This document shows, in pieces, positions 48,301 to 56,581 of a stretch of DNA of 64,000 nucleotides (position 1 is its first letter; every line of letters begins with the position of its first letter). This stretch comes from an uncultured Gammaproteobacteria bacterium (lineage in GTDB: Bacteria > Patescibacteriota > Patescibacteriia > UBA1558 > 2-01-FULL-52-15): NCBI GenBank assembly GCA_964402565.1, contig CAYOCJ010000001.1, forward strand, positions 96,079-160,078. Reading direction: 5' to 3'. The notes beneath the pieces were generated by a model, which saw only the letters and a program-made list of their open reading frames with translations, made no database searches and was not told the origin of the DNA. The position numbers were made by a program, and so were the translations under genes.

Positions 48301-49408
48301 GACGAATCCGGAGCCATATATTTTCAGCGGGACGCCGGTTCATTGCGAGGTCGGCACGACGTATACGAATGCGCTTGGATACACCTTGCAAGGATATGGG
48401 CCGACCGCCGGGAACGAAGCTGACAATATTTGTACGAGCCATGGCCGGTGTATACCATCCTATCAGGTAAAGTATGCGCCGCCACCGGTAAGCACCGGCA
48501 AGGTCATGTGTGAACGGCAGCCGGATAAGGGTTATTTACCGCTCTGCAACCCGGATGTGGAGGATTGTACTGGTAAGAAGCCAGACCAGATCGTCGAGGC
48601 CCCTGCCTTGCCATTGGATCTGACGCCGTCATCGAGTTTGAATGGACTGACCTCGGTGCCAGGCTATGCGCCGTATATTATTCCGGCAAAATGTGATGAC
48701 ACCGGCACGAAGTGCAAGCAGTCCACCCCGATCTATCAATTCCATGTACCGAATGGCCCGCTTGGAGCCCCGAATGACAATGGCTTTAGCGTCAATAATG
48801 TTCTTGGCAGTGAACCGTCGCCGCTCAATGTGGTGACTGGTTTCCAGAATATGCTCGCGTCATTGAAGTTTTACATGGCAGCAGATAAGAACCATATTCC
48901 GATCAGATATGTTGATCTTGACTGGGGCGATGGGCTGTCCCAGACGCGCGTCGGCTACTATAAGAATCATCTCGAACAATGTGATCCGGCAACATTCGGA
49001 CCGCTCACGCCGCCTGCGCCTCAGACATCGCTTGATTATGCAGGTTCAGACCAGGCATGCCGCATCGCATTCAGGAATTATTTGCACGTCTATGCCTATG
49101 ATATCGCCTATACGTGCGGCCGATGTGATAATAATGCAGCTCGCTCATGCGGACGCGATGATGACTGTGCTACCGGCGGCAAATGTACGACGCGAGGCAT
49201 CGATGGAGCTGTGTCATGCTACAGGCCGCGCGTTATGGTCCAGGATAACTGGGGCTGGTGTACCAATGGCGTGTATGGAACGACCGGGGTAGGCTGTAAA
49301 GACACGCAGGTGGTCAATAGTGGCCAGCCGCCATCACCTCAAAGCGATGCGGACGGGTATGTCCAGTTCAAAGGATTGATCATGGTCTACAAGGATCCCA
49401 AGCCATAA
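39383..49408 (+). CDS. giant (3341 aa) cysteine-rich exported protein
   Basis: Uninterrupted 10-kb ORF, signal peptide ending VQA, many C-x(2-3)-D-x-D-C modules, CBM-like NLITNGDF starts, PKD-like DWGDG near the C-terminus. Confidence 0.85.
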   Translation: MDRRPKIILTFLLSIVLASTLFFAGSARPVQAAGVITFSPTEFMQTIKEWITKLKEIGWKKAAITALDKVSSNFINKIAQDAGNYLATGGKGQSGLQRRESFGAILRKDGEAALGDFVQDLSSETALDKLGLNLCNPTAQLKANVSLQLLDAGNPVPLGKSGCNIRDIQQNWRNFAEANTNGSGLTANVSYGNTLGINGSSITGPGLVAGSCQGTTQGSCGFENPIASSLPDTGVCDVTTSSSQNQFVSCKQTADCIAAGLLGATCRQIAQLCSSDAECTDGSKCLKAGGSSGSCYSDADCPGDTKCVGASGANSGVPYLQVTSNFSAEEKLKFLTDLETSQSDLTFASAIQAKADELKAAKEKVATMDATACGNYKDVGSKITDDYIHKNCAEIEGLKAKTDAPSSQDEVAQLKSEGENAFWLNAAKIFGRSLISGLLKKYIRAGSFSLAEVGQRTDVNAVRENIIQQLRGGVTSPLNALNVVNNVAEAKKPSLDKVDNYDYLSLFTQCPDDRNLVELDNCTLDDNFASAIRDKKTLAEALADGVIRGDLPLISNLNTSLNSDPFCVRNGYCHSNIVRLRKYRIIPIGWEIAASLSPIDAPVTLQQVVDCFENGGACKFDAASNVYYHLIDPNWVLKAPETICKAEGFGPKLISTETAERQQYCADGISCLAEDDAGNCVGGYGYCTKENNIWRFNGEQCPAQFASCTVFTSTEDHKSVSYLGNSVDTCDASQNGCKWYSKSQDNVGTESNPNLVWNPNDRIYFNKTVAKCDADQVGCTEFVSLLTPGVNLITNGDFDYFTPSSTTNLADPNWMNDNLVDKFDGWQGSADTYTTRDNAYFGSDGLSAKNGGRVSTNAITGILADKTFTLSWFAKSGTANNCVTDVAISSATTAAQSTPVTYTKDWKRFELTKTFDVNTLDTSVNISFSTACDDVPVATADEIYIDGVKFELNSRSSGFTQYAENGKVYLKSGSRCTKDDVGCDLYTATESGFKVPGKIDSDDRCPAECVGYQSYLELPSQFDVLEKIPLPAPAPRPVDFIAKTAAACPATEVNCEEFTNEEEVAQGGEGKHYFSFVRQCVEDALGSTYYTLEGSDTAGYQVRTWRLLASDLPSGQPCTNVDIGAKNCIDASSTPATCTAADMATDLNCREFFDISGIPHYIQQDHVIASSADCQAFRRTSTGTTFYALGKDSRACSAQNNNCREYRGNQSNNLRTLFTDYFEQGNTGEWNTTNASLSTEAVSTGGHSIVNKNASDVLTTTLTRNATNKTYKIEAGREMYMEFWMKNINPVQVVFHADSTYSFPTTTMAVPNDWQQYRVGPVYIGNAIDAAPSLTIIPFGGNPLAPVYFDNIILRESLSNVFIIKDSWKTPASCDQPIPGAMLGCQEYTNKAGTAYDLRSFSKLCSNEVIGCQAFINTQNSTNPFQKIYNANDKSEVIVPEDNISYLVYSEQNRCYSQSKGCSALGAPQLNLDLPEDHPKYIDGYKVLTLINNPDTYDTTLCTDAGLFCEEYTDSKAQTVYFKNPHDRICEYKDNINISGRIQSGWFQKKSLEPGQTPVGCSDDGVLPIEDKDFRIYKNVDYDYTGWAGECSAQYDLCTEFKDPLDTQGDNAVTNADFGLVDASGQPLNWKDHIWSWPYSSTPPASWLQASPGQQIAISRLQPYGSISFGQDFSNVDGTDVFAYSVDVNVQRMTHGLNPQIGVNLSCHFDSPRDIDFCSTSIRTTTESCTSTTDCKAGGACSAGFCQYPNGNYNYTKPCGPNNSCAAGTMCYTFSWSACEGPGPDGNFNNRNDDDYTNMQCAGATGTDDTACVNRFGAGYRCLSWPYKKDLDRDYVLDYTTYLSNPYLYDKWQNVRRVVDLGADSGQRKVYECTLWLNLSNWYGYNQQSRNDYNNPGTGAPPGPRACAPVSTYDYEMSCGDTYCTIPGPDGIPGNADDTATTVRCTTSTSTVAPTVANGDAGCRLPVGSGGTGNATAICGSNVAYPAEVWWKNPLFKKAKSYFYLNNEEVDTQSCNGQVGKKDGCLLFLDMSKRDVKSYDAFSTYDKSAGNGGGLVQPVTCVAGSTTCSNDSNTIVKVRRDRQCAEWLACRSATEVFDSANNSFRQICDQVGTCNEYKPGSDIMNCANWVAPSKQRLEYGYYVNRSIDFDAADYSGYSIYNDYQVGTLSLVDVSTLGSPPTGPDGRNPDYRLVRVIDTCDSSQPPYESPCGPVDPLNPGEKLGRCFATNKCVVGIDGSRFSRDSDFVIKRSTRAWAEKDSPFPYSVVDKDQGDTRKVKFGFQDATICDTKNASCEDRYYKFQYGSTNSVTKYFSADVQLSGGAIPACVCQGGEYDNRECGTKDTGGALVCSNNITRHCTVDTDCPSVVVAGVPTTGACKDGPDGKMSPEERCPDNGSPLYLRKSDSFLNWPGFCLEPDNRANINGSQTERACLNWLPVDNAPVGYDFFNQNREAGYSYKAPAYYCLDVGLYELRVNHYFGCKCDYQCNNSLNPDPTAYAIRQGAQCGCKFNPLDPNPHTNCILGFNFGLLGCGWRHPFDKKKDCYAVPIPNGPGLYSYNNNTIAGWENPPDPSCRVLAQTVDERGENAAMTNLFWSNYNGGSGYAIGDIPIGTSTAKLGYKLDKDDKPFGSAVPNGLGFVTDKLQIQKPGTIPRAGSPYACSSSVQSCSYFDPANLSSFAVQGWTTPYVGWGNEPYTIGVRRLKEIYRKIFNLYTWQEGNLCEDMVCGRPNDPDSPNVSENGGYYGGQPCSAGDTNSCNESAGATSCVHIQDKCVNSVFNDTDPASELYQGCGVCTRVGFISESAPQKRCMSNWGDTNGDNVNDTSGLFATAAACNAADLDPGAATVTCSIAYPAGGCAPDPNDPSGRFRCFSEPFAGNDCKIPLNPNYLSCEGTPATCHYGSGATKEDTGVPCNGVSDCTGTITSDPDSLQGLLDNINSQSYCADINHKEGSYDYEAGDFCVGEPFSVRIQSTNPEPYIFSGTPVHCEVGTTYTNALGYTLQGYGPTAGNEADNICTSHGRCIPSYQVKYAPPPVSTGKVMCERQPDKGYLPLCNPDVEDCTGKKPDQIVEAPALPLDLTPSSSLNGLTSVPGYAPYIIPAKCDDTGTKCKQSTPIYQFHVPNGPLGAPNDNGFSVNNVLGSEPSPLNVVTGFQNMLASLKFYMAADKNHIPIRYVDLDWGDGLSQTRVGYYKNHLEQCDPATFGPLTPPAPQTSLDYAGSDQACRIAFRNYLHVYAYDIAYTCGRCDNNAARSCGRDDDCATGGKCTTRGIDGAVSCYRPRVMVQDNWGWCTNGVYGTTGVGCKDTQVVNSGQPPSPQSDADGYVQFKGLIMVYKDPKP

Positions 49409-49411
49409 ACT

Positions 49412-51940
49412 ATGATGCGGCTAAAAAACACAAAAAAAGTATTGCTTGCTCTGAGCGCTGTCGCGATCGTTTCGATCGGGATCTCGTTCGCACATCCGGT
49501 ATATGCACAAGAATGGGTGGCAAAAACATTCGGCCCTATTTTGCTGAATGTGGTCTTCTTTCCGTTCATTACGCTCCTCAACAAACTGACCTTCGCCTTG
49601 GTAGAGGTTGCAAAGTATAATACATTTGCCGATGCGCCCATCGTCGATAAAGGGTGGCCGATCATACGGAATATCAGCAATATGTTTTTCGTGCTGATAC
49701 TCCTGATCATTGCGATCGGTACGATCGTGAAATGGGAAAAGGTGAATTATCGGCAGAATTTGCGTCGGCTCATTATCATGGCCTTGCTCATAAACTTCAG
49801 CAAGACCATTGTCGTATTTTTCATTGATGTTTCACAGATTTTCACCCTGACCTTCATCACGGAGGTGAACAAGGTGCTGCAAGTAGGCATCATCACCGCA
49901 CTTGGACTTGATAAAATTGCAAATCCGGTCACACAGGGCGCACTTCAGACAACGGAACAAGCTAGTATAAATCTATTTACCTATATTATGGCTGGGGCCA
50001 TGGTCGCAGTCGCCTGCCTTGCGGTCGCGGTCATACTGCTTATTTTCCTGGTTCGCATCTTAGCATTATGGATGCTTATTATTTTCGCGCCGCTCGCGTT
50101 CATTTCAAGCGCATTGCCTCAGACGCGGGAATGGTATGACAGATGGTGGAAGCAATTAGGATCTAATGTAACATCAGCGCCGGTTTTGGCCTTTATGCTA
50201 TGGCTTGTTTTTGCTGTGATCGCAGATAATAGCGGCAAAGTTCCCGAGATCGTAGCACAAGGCGGCACTGGCAGCGGCGTTGATGCAAGCGATATTATTG
50301 GATTTGCGGTCGGCATCGGTTTGCTGATCTACTCGATCCGGATGGCTGTATCTATGGGTGCAGCCGGCGGATCTCTCGCATCGAAGCTCCAGAGCAGAGT
50401 TACCGGAGTTGCGAAATCCGTCGGTAACCGAGTTGCCTGGGGCAAGAGCGGACAGGGAGGAGCCTTGGGCCGTGCGAAAAGCGTTGGCCTTCGCGTGGGC
50501 GGTGCTACGGCTGCTGGCGCTGCTTTTTTGAGAGTGCCGCTGGCCGGCAGGCTTGCTGAGAGCGCCACGATCGCCCACACCAAGCAAATGAATGCACGCG
50601 ACGCGGCTGAGGAGGAGCGTCGCAAGTATATGACCCGGCCGCAGCGCGAAGCTCAACTTGAAAGATCCATCGGCCCTCGTTTCATCGCAGATGCGCTTGA
50701 GAAACGAGGCGGCATCCTAGGCAGAGTTGGCGGCGCATTGAAGACTGCATCTGCACCGCAACGTCGGGCTGCGATTATGGAAAGGGCCAAGCGAGGGCAC
50801 TATACTGAGAAAGATGAAACTGATCAGTTCATTGTTTCTGAAAAAGAGGCCAGCCTTGATAGACAGCATTTAGTTGCATCTGGCGCAAGCGAGAAGCAGC
50901 TCGAAGAGTATGATAAGAGCGTCGGCTTGCGCGGCTTAAATGCACAACGAAATGCGCAAGGTGACTTTGTAGACAAGTTCGAGGGTGAGCGCCATCAGCG
51001 CTTGATGAAAGAGATGTTCGATGAAGGTAAACTTAATAACGATATTAAAGCGCGAGACACAGACTATGCCTCTAAGCTGATCGGCAAACAAACAGAGAAT
51101 AAGATCGTTGAGTTTACTGAAAATGTACAAGGAGCTGCGAAAGATAGGATCGTTGATAACCTCGTAGCGCAATTACGAACAGTGAACGCTAATATTGCCG
51201 CCGCAGGCCCAGGCCGCGCATCAGCTGATGATCTGAAAAATAAAAAGAAACTCGATAATGCAATTTCACGGATCGACTATAAGAGAGCTATGGCCTCGGG
51301 TTTCATTGATATGAACACCATAGCGAATAAGATCGAAGATGATAAGCTCAACGATTTCTATGACGAAGTGAGTCGCGTTGATGCATCAACGGGCAAGGCA
51401 GATCAGACGCATGAGCTGAGCACGTCCAATATGAGCAGGATCTTAACCTCATCGAAGGTGCTTGATAATCAGAAAGAGACCCTCATGGATAATATGATGA
51501 AACTCGCGAATGATCCATCCGACGCGATCCGCCAGGCAGCTGCTCAGAAGAAGTTCAATGAATTACGCAAGGGAACTTCGACAGCTAAGATCGTGACCGA
51601 GCATGTAGATACCCGTTTAGCAGTGCCTACGCCGAACCCTGATGTTGTTGCATGGCAAACGTGGGAAGATAGCCATGATCAAGCGCAGGCGAAGAAATTA
51701 TCGACCAAGCAATTGACCGAAGCAAAAGGCCGCATGGATAAGTTTAAACCTGATCAAAATGTCAGGCACTTTGATAAGAACGGCAAGCTTCAGGAGAACT
51801 GGTCATACGAGAGTTTTGATCCTATATCTGGTATGATAAAAATCCGCATGGACAAAAAAGATAAAAGCGGCAAGATCATTGCCAAAGGCACGCCGATCGA
51901 AGTGCCGCTGGCAGAATTTACACAGAGGAATTACGTTTAA
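49412..51940 (+). CDS. VirB6/TrbL-like polytopic membrane protein with long C-terminal extension
   Basis: GW.IIRNISNMFF, ALLINFS, R...LW.L....PLAF....LP, W..WW, then a Gly/Ala-rich and charged tail. Confidence 0.7.
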   Translation: MMRLKNTKKVLLALSAVAIVSIGISFAHPVYAQEWVAKTFGPILLNVVFFPFITLLNKLTFALVEVAKYNTFADAPIVDKGWPIIRNISNMFFVLILLIIAIGTIVKWEKVNYRQNLRRLIIMALLINFSKTIVVFFIDVSQIFTLTFITEVNKVLQVGIITALGLDKIANPVTQGALQTTEQASINLFTYIMAGAMVAVACLAVAVILLIFLVRILALWMLIIFAPLAFISSALPQTREWYDRWWKQLGSNVTSAPVLAFMLWLVFAVIADNSGKVPEIVAQGGTGSGVDASDIIGFAVGIGLLIYSIRMAVSMGAAGGSLASKLQSRVTGVAKSVGNRVAWGKSGQGGALGRAKSVGLRVGGATAAGAAFLRVPLAGRLAESATIAHTKQMNARDAAEEERRKYMTRPQREAQLERSIGPRFIADALEKRGGILGRVGGALKTASAPQRRAAIMERAKRGHYTEKDETDQFIVSEKEASLDRQHLVASGASEKQLEEYDKSVGLRGLNAQRNAQGDFVDKFEGERHQRLMKEMFDEGKLNNDIKARDTDYASKLIGKQTENKIVEFTENVQGAAKDRIVDNLVAQLRTVNANIAAAGPGRASADDLKNKKKLDNAISRIDYKRAMASGFIDMNTIANKIEDDKLNDFYDEVSRVDASTGKADQTHELSTSNMSRILTSSKVLDNQKETLMDNMMKLANDPSDAIRQAAAQKKFNELRKGTSTAKIVTEHVDTRLAVPTPNPDVVAWQTWEDSHDQAQAKKLSTKQLTEAKGRMDKFKPDQNVRHFDKNGKLQENWSYESFDPISGMIKIRMDKKDKSGKIIAKGTPIEVPLAEFTQRNYV

Positions 51941-51963
51941 TAAGACCATTTTGTATTCACTAG

Positions 51964-53241
51964 ATGCTCTATTCGTCGATCTCAGATTTACCGCTTGAAG
52001 TGCAGGAAGTGCTCATGAGCGAAGATGATGCTCAGAAGAACGAGCAGTTGAATGCTGATTTTCGATTATACAGGGGACAGTTCGTATTTCTCCTGGATTT
52101 GATAGTCGGTACGATCCTGGGAAAGTTCGAAGTGCTTGATCTGCCGACTCGGATTGCAAAAATGCCGGATGCAGACCGTGTTGATGTCCGTGCATTATCA
52201 TTGCGCATTGCACTCGATAAACTCTGGCCATTGCAGGATTTTCTGAAAAAAGTAGATGTGCTTATCAACCGGCTCGGCGGGCGAGTGCCCGCGAGGATCC
52301 CCTTGCCGTCTCCGGAGGCAGTATCCGAGGCAGAAGAGGCTGCTGAATCTGAATCACCAGAGATCGTCCAAGGTGCTGCGAAAGATATTCTCGTTCACTA
52401 TAAAGCGTTTTCAGATCTGTATCTGACGCAAAAACCTATCCGCGACAGTGAAGACAGACTGAAGGCACCGACTCTGAACAACTGGCTTCAGGATTATTTG
52501 CATACGGTCGGCGCAGAAGGGACCGGCAGCTTGAAACGGAGCAAGTACCTGAGCAAGAGCGCGAACGCATTGGCATTGAATGGCCCTGAGAAGCAAAATG
52601 TACTGAATTTTCTGATGTCCTATGAAGAGCAAATGCCGATGTATTGGCAGGTTGCGGAAACGCAATTCCTATTGATCGACAGCGAGATGCCCCAGGAACA
52701 GAAAACAGCGGTCCAGCAGAAGAAATCAACAGAGCAAATGTCAGAATTGGTGGCGCGATATCGAGCAGTGCAAGAAAAGTACTCTGCTATTTTTGCGGAT
52801 AAGAAGAATGGGCTGGAGCTCGAGATCAACGGCAATACGGGAAAAATTGCTGACATCGTTTGGGACGCTTTAGGCCTCGGCGATACGGACAGATGTTTAG
52901 CGGCGATCGATCTGCTCATCGATCATCATTGGCTCCTGGAGACATTAAAAACAGATCATCGGTTCCAGGGGATTGTCGGCCGCAGCATCGGTGTGCGGTA
53001 CGGCGTGGAAGCAAAAAACACCTGGAATGGGGATTTGACTTCGTCAGTAATGCTTGCAACATTCTGGAAATTAGTATTGGTCGAGAAATTAGGCATCGAT
53101 GAAACAACCGCTGCCATTCTCGCTGATCTGTATAGAAAAAAAATGGATCAAAAAATAAGCCCCATGTATCTGGATCTGAAGTCAGGCGCATTTCAGTTCA
53201 GAGAGATCGCCTATAAAGACAGAGTTTTGAATTTTGCATAA
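51964..53241 (+). CDS. hypothetical protein
   Basis: 425-aa ORF with PTL.NWL.DY motif; co-oriented with the VirB6-like gene. Confidence 0.7.
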   Translation: MLYSSISDLPLEVQEVLMSEDDAQKNEQLNADFRLYRGQFVFLLDLIVGTILGKFEVLDLPTRIAKMPDADRVDVRALSLRIALDKLWPLQDFLKKVDVLINRLGGRVPARIPLPSPEAVSEAEEAAESESPEIVQGAAKDILVHYKAFSDLYLTQKPIRDSEDRLKAPTLNNWLQDYLHTVGAEGTGSLKRSKYLSKSANALALNGPEKQNVLNFLMSYEEQMPMYWQVAETQFLLIDSEMPQEQKTAVQQKKSTEQMSELVARYRAVQEKYSAIFADKKNGLELEINGNTGKIADIVWDALGLGDTDRCLAAIDLLIDHHWLLETLKTDHRFQGIVGRSIGVRYGVEAKNTWNGDLTSSVMLATFWKLVLVEKLGIDETTAAILADLYRKKMDQKISPMYLDLKSGAFQFREIAYKDRVLNFA

Positions 53242-53257
53242 ATAAAAAAACAAAGAC

Positions 53258-53297
53258 GAACCGCGCCCGGAAGCCTACTGGCTTCCGGGCGCGGTTC
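53258..53297. terminator. bidirectional terminator between convergent genes
   Basis: 18-bp perfect stem GAACCGCGCCCGGAAGCC-TACT-GGCTTCCGGGCGCGGTTC with an A-run on the left and TTT on the right. Confidence 0.8.
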
Positions 53298-53324
53298 TTT
53301 GAATATTCAACTGTAGTAGCGCTA

Positions 53325-53885
53325 TTAGTTCGCGCGTTCAACGTACTCGCCTGTTTCTGTATTGAGGCGAATCGATTCTCCTGAGTCTATGAATAACGGC
53401 ACCCTGATCTCGATGCCGGTCTCGAGTGTTGCGGTTTTCGTAGCAGATCCCGATGTGTCGCCGCGAACTCCTGGAGGAGCGCTGGTGACCAACAAGGTGA
53501 TCTTCTTGGGCAATTCTATGATAAGCGCCTTGCCATTATAGAGCATCACGTCGACGTTCTGGCCCTCTTTCAGGTAGCCGGCGCGTTCAGCGATGATGTC
53601 TGAGCCGAATTCGTATTGCTCGAAATTCTCAGAATCCATGAAGTAGAATTTACCGCCTTCGGTATACAGGAAACTTGCCTTTCTGCGTGTCAGGTCGGCT
53701 TCCTCAGCCTTATCACTTCCTGAGAAGCTTTTTTCAAGCATCGCGCCGGTCAGAAGATTCTTCAATTTTGTACGCAATGTGGCGGCGCTTCTGGCAACCT
53801 TAATATGCTGCGTAAAAACAACTACGTACGGCTGCTCATTCAGCGTTAAAACGGTTCCTAATTTGATCTCACTCATTGAAAGCAT
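53325..53885 (-). CDS. efp: elongation factor P
   Basis: H.KVARSAA, FMD.E.FEQ, PGVRGDT, K.A.LETG, VPLFI, YVER. Confidence 0.95.
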   Translation of the reverse strand: MLSMSEIKLGTVLTLNEQPYVVVFTQHIKVARSAATLRTKLKNLLTGAMLEKSFSGSDKAEEADLTRRKASFLYTEGGKFYFMDSENFEQYEFGSDIIAERAGYLKEGQNVDVMLYNGKALIIELPKKITLLVTSAPPGVRGDTSGSATKTATLETGIEIRVPLFIDSGESIRLNTETGEYVERAN

Positions 53886-53905
53886 AGGATGGCGTTACGA
53901 ATTGG

Positions 53906-54136
53906 TTAGCGGGGAGTATACGGTATCAACGCCATGTAGCGGGCGCGTTTGATCGCGGTCGCCAATTTTCGCTGATGCTTCGAACAGACGCCCGATTTGC
54001 GCCGCGGGACGATCTTCGAGTACGAGGAAGTGAATCTGAGCAACCCCTGGCCATTCTTGTAGTCGATGGTCTTCATAGAGTTTACGCAGAAATCACATGC
54101 CTTTGTCCTGGGTTTCGTGGTATTGGTTGTTTGCAT
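53906..54136 (-). CDS. rpsR: 30S ribosomal protein S18
   Basis: CDFC, IDYK, KIVPRR.SG.C.KHQR, AIKRAR..ALIPY. Confidence 0.95.
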   Translation of the reverse strand: MQTTNTTKPRTKACDFCVNSMKTIDYKNGQGLLRFTSSYSKIVPRRKSGVCSKHQRKLATAIKRARYMALIPYTPR

Positions 54137-54144
54137 ACTGTTGC

Positions 54145-54594
54145 TTAAAATGGAATGTCTTCGATATTAATTTCTTCTTCAGGTGCCGGACTTGCTTGCG
54201 GTGCCGGTTCATCAAATGATGGCTCATTCGATTTCGATGCATAGTTCTGAGAACCGCCGGACATGCCTGCTTTATCGAGAAGGATCATATTATCAGCGAT
54301 AATCTCAGTGCGATAGCGCTTGATGCCGTTTTGGTCATCCCAGCTGCGATTTTGCAATCTGCCTTCGAGGTAAATCTTGCTGCCTTTTTTGACATATTGT
54401 CCGACGATCTCGCCAAGTCTGCGCCAGGCTACAATATTGTGGAATTCAGCTTTCTTTTGCTGTTGGCCGCTTTTATCTTTCCAGACCAAGTTCGTGGCTA
54501 TCGAAAACGATGCGACTGATTGGCCGGACGGCGTTGTCCTCACTTCAGGGTCCCTGACAACGTTGCCGATGAGCATAACCTTATTCAGGTCCAT
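54145..54594 (-). CDS. ssb: single-stranded DNA-binding protein
   Basis: LNKVMLIGN, DPEVR.T, KKGS.IY.EGRL, C-terminal EDIPF. Confidence 0.96.
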   Translation of the reverse strand: MDLNKVMLIGNVVRDPEVRTTPSGQSVASFSIATNLVWKDKSGQQQKKAEFHNIVAWRRLGEIVGQYVKKGSKIYLEGRLQNRSWDDQNGIKRYRTEIIADNMILLDKAGMSGGSQNYASKSNEPSFDEPAPQASPAPEEEINIEDIPF

Positions 54595-54604
54595 AGGATT
54601 GATA

Positions 54605-55093
54605 TTAATTGATCATCTCAGTATCAAGGAGCTCATCGAGCTTCTTGTCGAGATCATCAAGGCTGATCTTTGCATCCTTCTTTGATTCGGTCGTCGAATC
54701 ATCCTGCGGAGGAGTATCTGATCGCTTGCCGCGTGCATCAGTGCCCTGCATGCGCGTGAGCGCCCGGCGCTTTGCATTCTCCTGCATGAGCAGTTCCTTT
54801 GCGGACATCGGCTTTTTATCCAAAAGCAAATACCGCAAAACGAGCTTATGCAGCCGGAGGTTTTTTTGCAGTTCAGCGATCGCTTCTGTCTCGATGTCAA
54901 ATTCGTTCAGCAGGTAAAAGCCGAACTTTTCTTTATTAACGGGGTAGGCAAGTTTTTTCCTTCCCCAGGATTCCTGCTTGGTGACAGTGCCGCCAAGCTT
55001 TTTCACCCAGCCAGAGATCTCGTCTTGGATAGGCTCTAACTGGTTCTCAGGCACATGGGCCGAAACCAGATAGAAGAGTTCATAATGCTTCAT
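54605..55093 (-). CDS. rpsF: 30S ribosomal protein S6
   Basis: MKHYEL, WGRKKLAYPV, VLRYL; rpsF-ssb-rpsR synteny. Confidence 0.93.
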   Translation of the reverse strand: MKHYELFYLVSAHVPENQLEPIQDEISGWVKKLGGTVTKQESWGRKKLAYPVNKEKFGFYLLNEFDIETEAIAELQKNLRLHKLVLRYLLLDKKPMSAKELLMQENAKRRALTRMQGTDARGKRSDTPPQDDSTTESKKDAKISLDDLDKKLDELLDTEMIN

Positions 55094-55125
55094 GAACACC
55101 TTACATTATTAATAATTAAGTAAGG

Positions 55126-55290
55126 ACCCGTAGGACAAGGCCTATGGGTATGGTTGATTACGATGCCCGCAGTGTCGCGCCTGCTCGCAGGCTGGCACGG
55201 AGGGTCATTTAGGATAATCCCGCAAAGCAGGACTATCCTCGTAACGAGCCGGCTGTAAGGCCAGGCTCATACATGATCTGTTAACTATGT
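55126..55290 (-). ncRNA. structured RNA in the rpsF leader (candidate cis-regulator)
   Basis: Four to five stems between the minus-strand promoter (TTGACA at 55341-55336, TGaTACGGT) and the rpsF start. Confidence 0.4.
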
Positions 55291-55375
55291 AAAAGAAAAC
55301 GTATCGGCGATTACCGTATCATAGAAGCCTCTCTTTGTCAATGATTCTGTGCTATACTATAGGCTATACATTCGT

Positions 55376-56581
55376 ATGCATACGTATCTCTGTATTTTAG
55401 GCCGCACACCAGAATTATCCATTGAAGAGCTATTGATCGTTGCGCGGAAGATAGGACATGTTGTTGAGGCAACTCCGCAGGCCGTGGTGCTGCAGGGATC
55501 TTTTGATCCTGTCGCATTGCTCTCACGGCTGGGCGGCACTATCAAGATTGCGCGAGTAGAGGAGACTATCGACCTCTGGAATAGGCTGACCAAGGATATA
55601 TGGCTTCGCATACTGCGAAGCGAATTGCACGATGTGCATGGAAAATTTTTGTTCGGCTATAGCGTGTATGGTGCCCCTGAACAGGCCAAAAAGCAATTCT
55701 ATGCACTCGGGCTTTCGCTCAAGAAACATCTGAAAGCCGCGAGGATCTCAGCCAGATTGGTCAGCTCGAAAGAGGATGCATTGTCATCGGTCGTCGTCAG
55801 AAAAAATAATCTCATCGGCCGCGAGCTGATCGTAGTACAGGGCCAGAAATGTTATCTCGGAAGAACGCTTGCGGTGCAGGATTTTGATTCATATGGCCTG
55901 CGTGATTACGGGCGTCCGTCGAGAAATATGGAACGCGGTTTGCTGCCGCCGAAACTGGCGCAAATTTTATTGAACCTTGCAGAGATTACCCATGAGTCAA
56001 GGCTTCTGGATCCTTTTTGCGGAGGCGGCACGGTAGTTCAGGAAGCGTTGCTCATGGGATTGACCAAGGTCTATGGCAGCGACATCGACCCGAAGGCGAT
56101 CGATGAGACCAAAAAAAATATTTCCTGGCTCTCTGAACAGTTCAAATTGCCTTCTCCGCACCTGTCAGCAGCGGATGCATTGGAGCTCTCCAAAGCATAT
56201 ACTGGACAAACATTCGATGCGATAGTAACTGAACCTTTTTTGGGCCCTGCTCGCATCTTACGCCAAAAAAGTTTTACCCGATCAGATCTGCAGCGTATTG
56301 TTTCTGATATTGGCCGCTTATACCATGATTTTTTCAGTTCAATGGCCGCAGTTTCTCATCCAGGCACCATAGCAGTCGTAGTTTTTCCGGTCATAGATCT
56401 CTTTGGTTCTCGTTATGAGGTTGGAGATTTTGCACAATTGGAGCATTTTGGGTGGAAATTACAGGATCCTGAGGTTACGCATAGGATTTCTCGGCCAAAA
56501 CTCTCTTCTCGCGGCCAATTGTTATATGCACGCGAGGACCAGATCGTATTGCGGGAAATAACCGTTTGGAAGAAGGTCTAA
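55376..56581 (+). CDS. Trm11/UPF0020-like SAM-dependent RNA methyltransferase
   Basis: LGGTIKIA, RDYGRP, LPPKLA, DPFCGGGT, GSDID, TEPFLG. Confidence 0.82.
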   Translation: MHTYLCILGRTPELSIEELLIVARKIGHVVEATPQAVVLQGSFDPVALLSRLGGTIKIARVEETIDLWNRLTKDIWLRILRSELHDVHGKFLFGYSVYGAPEQAKKQFYALGLSLKKHLKAARISARLVSSKEDALSSVVVRKNNLIGRELIVVQGQKCYLGRTLAVQDFDSYGLRDYGRPSRNMERGLLPPKLAQILLNLAEITHESRLLDPFCGGGTVVQEALLMGLTKVYGSDIDPKAIDETKKNISWLSEQFKLPSPHLSAADALELSKAYTGQTFDAIVTEPFLGPARILRQKSFTRSDLQRIVSDIGRLYHDFFSSMAAVSHPGTIAVVVFPVIDLFGSRYEVGDFAQLEHFGWKLQDPEVTHRISRPKLSSRGQLLYAREDQIVLREITVWKKV

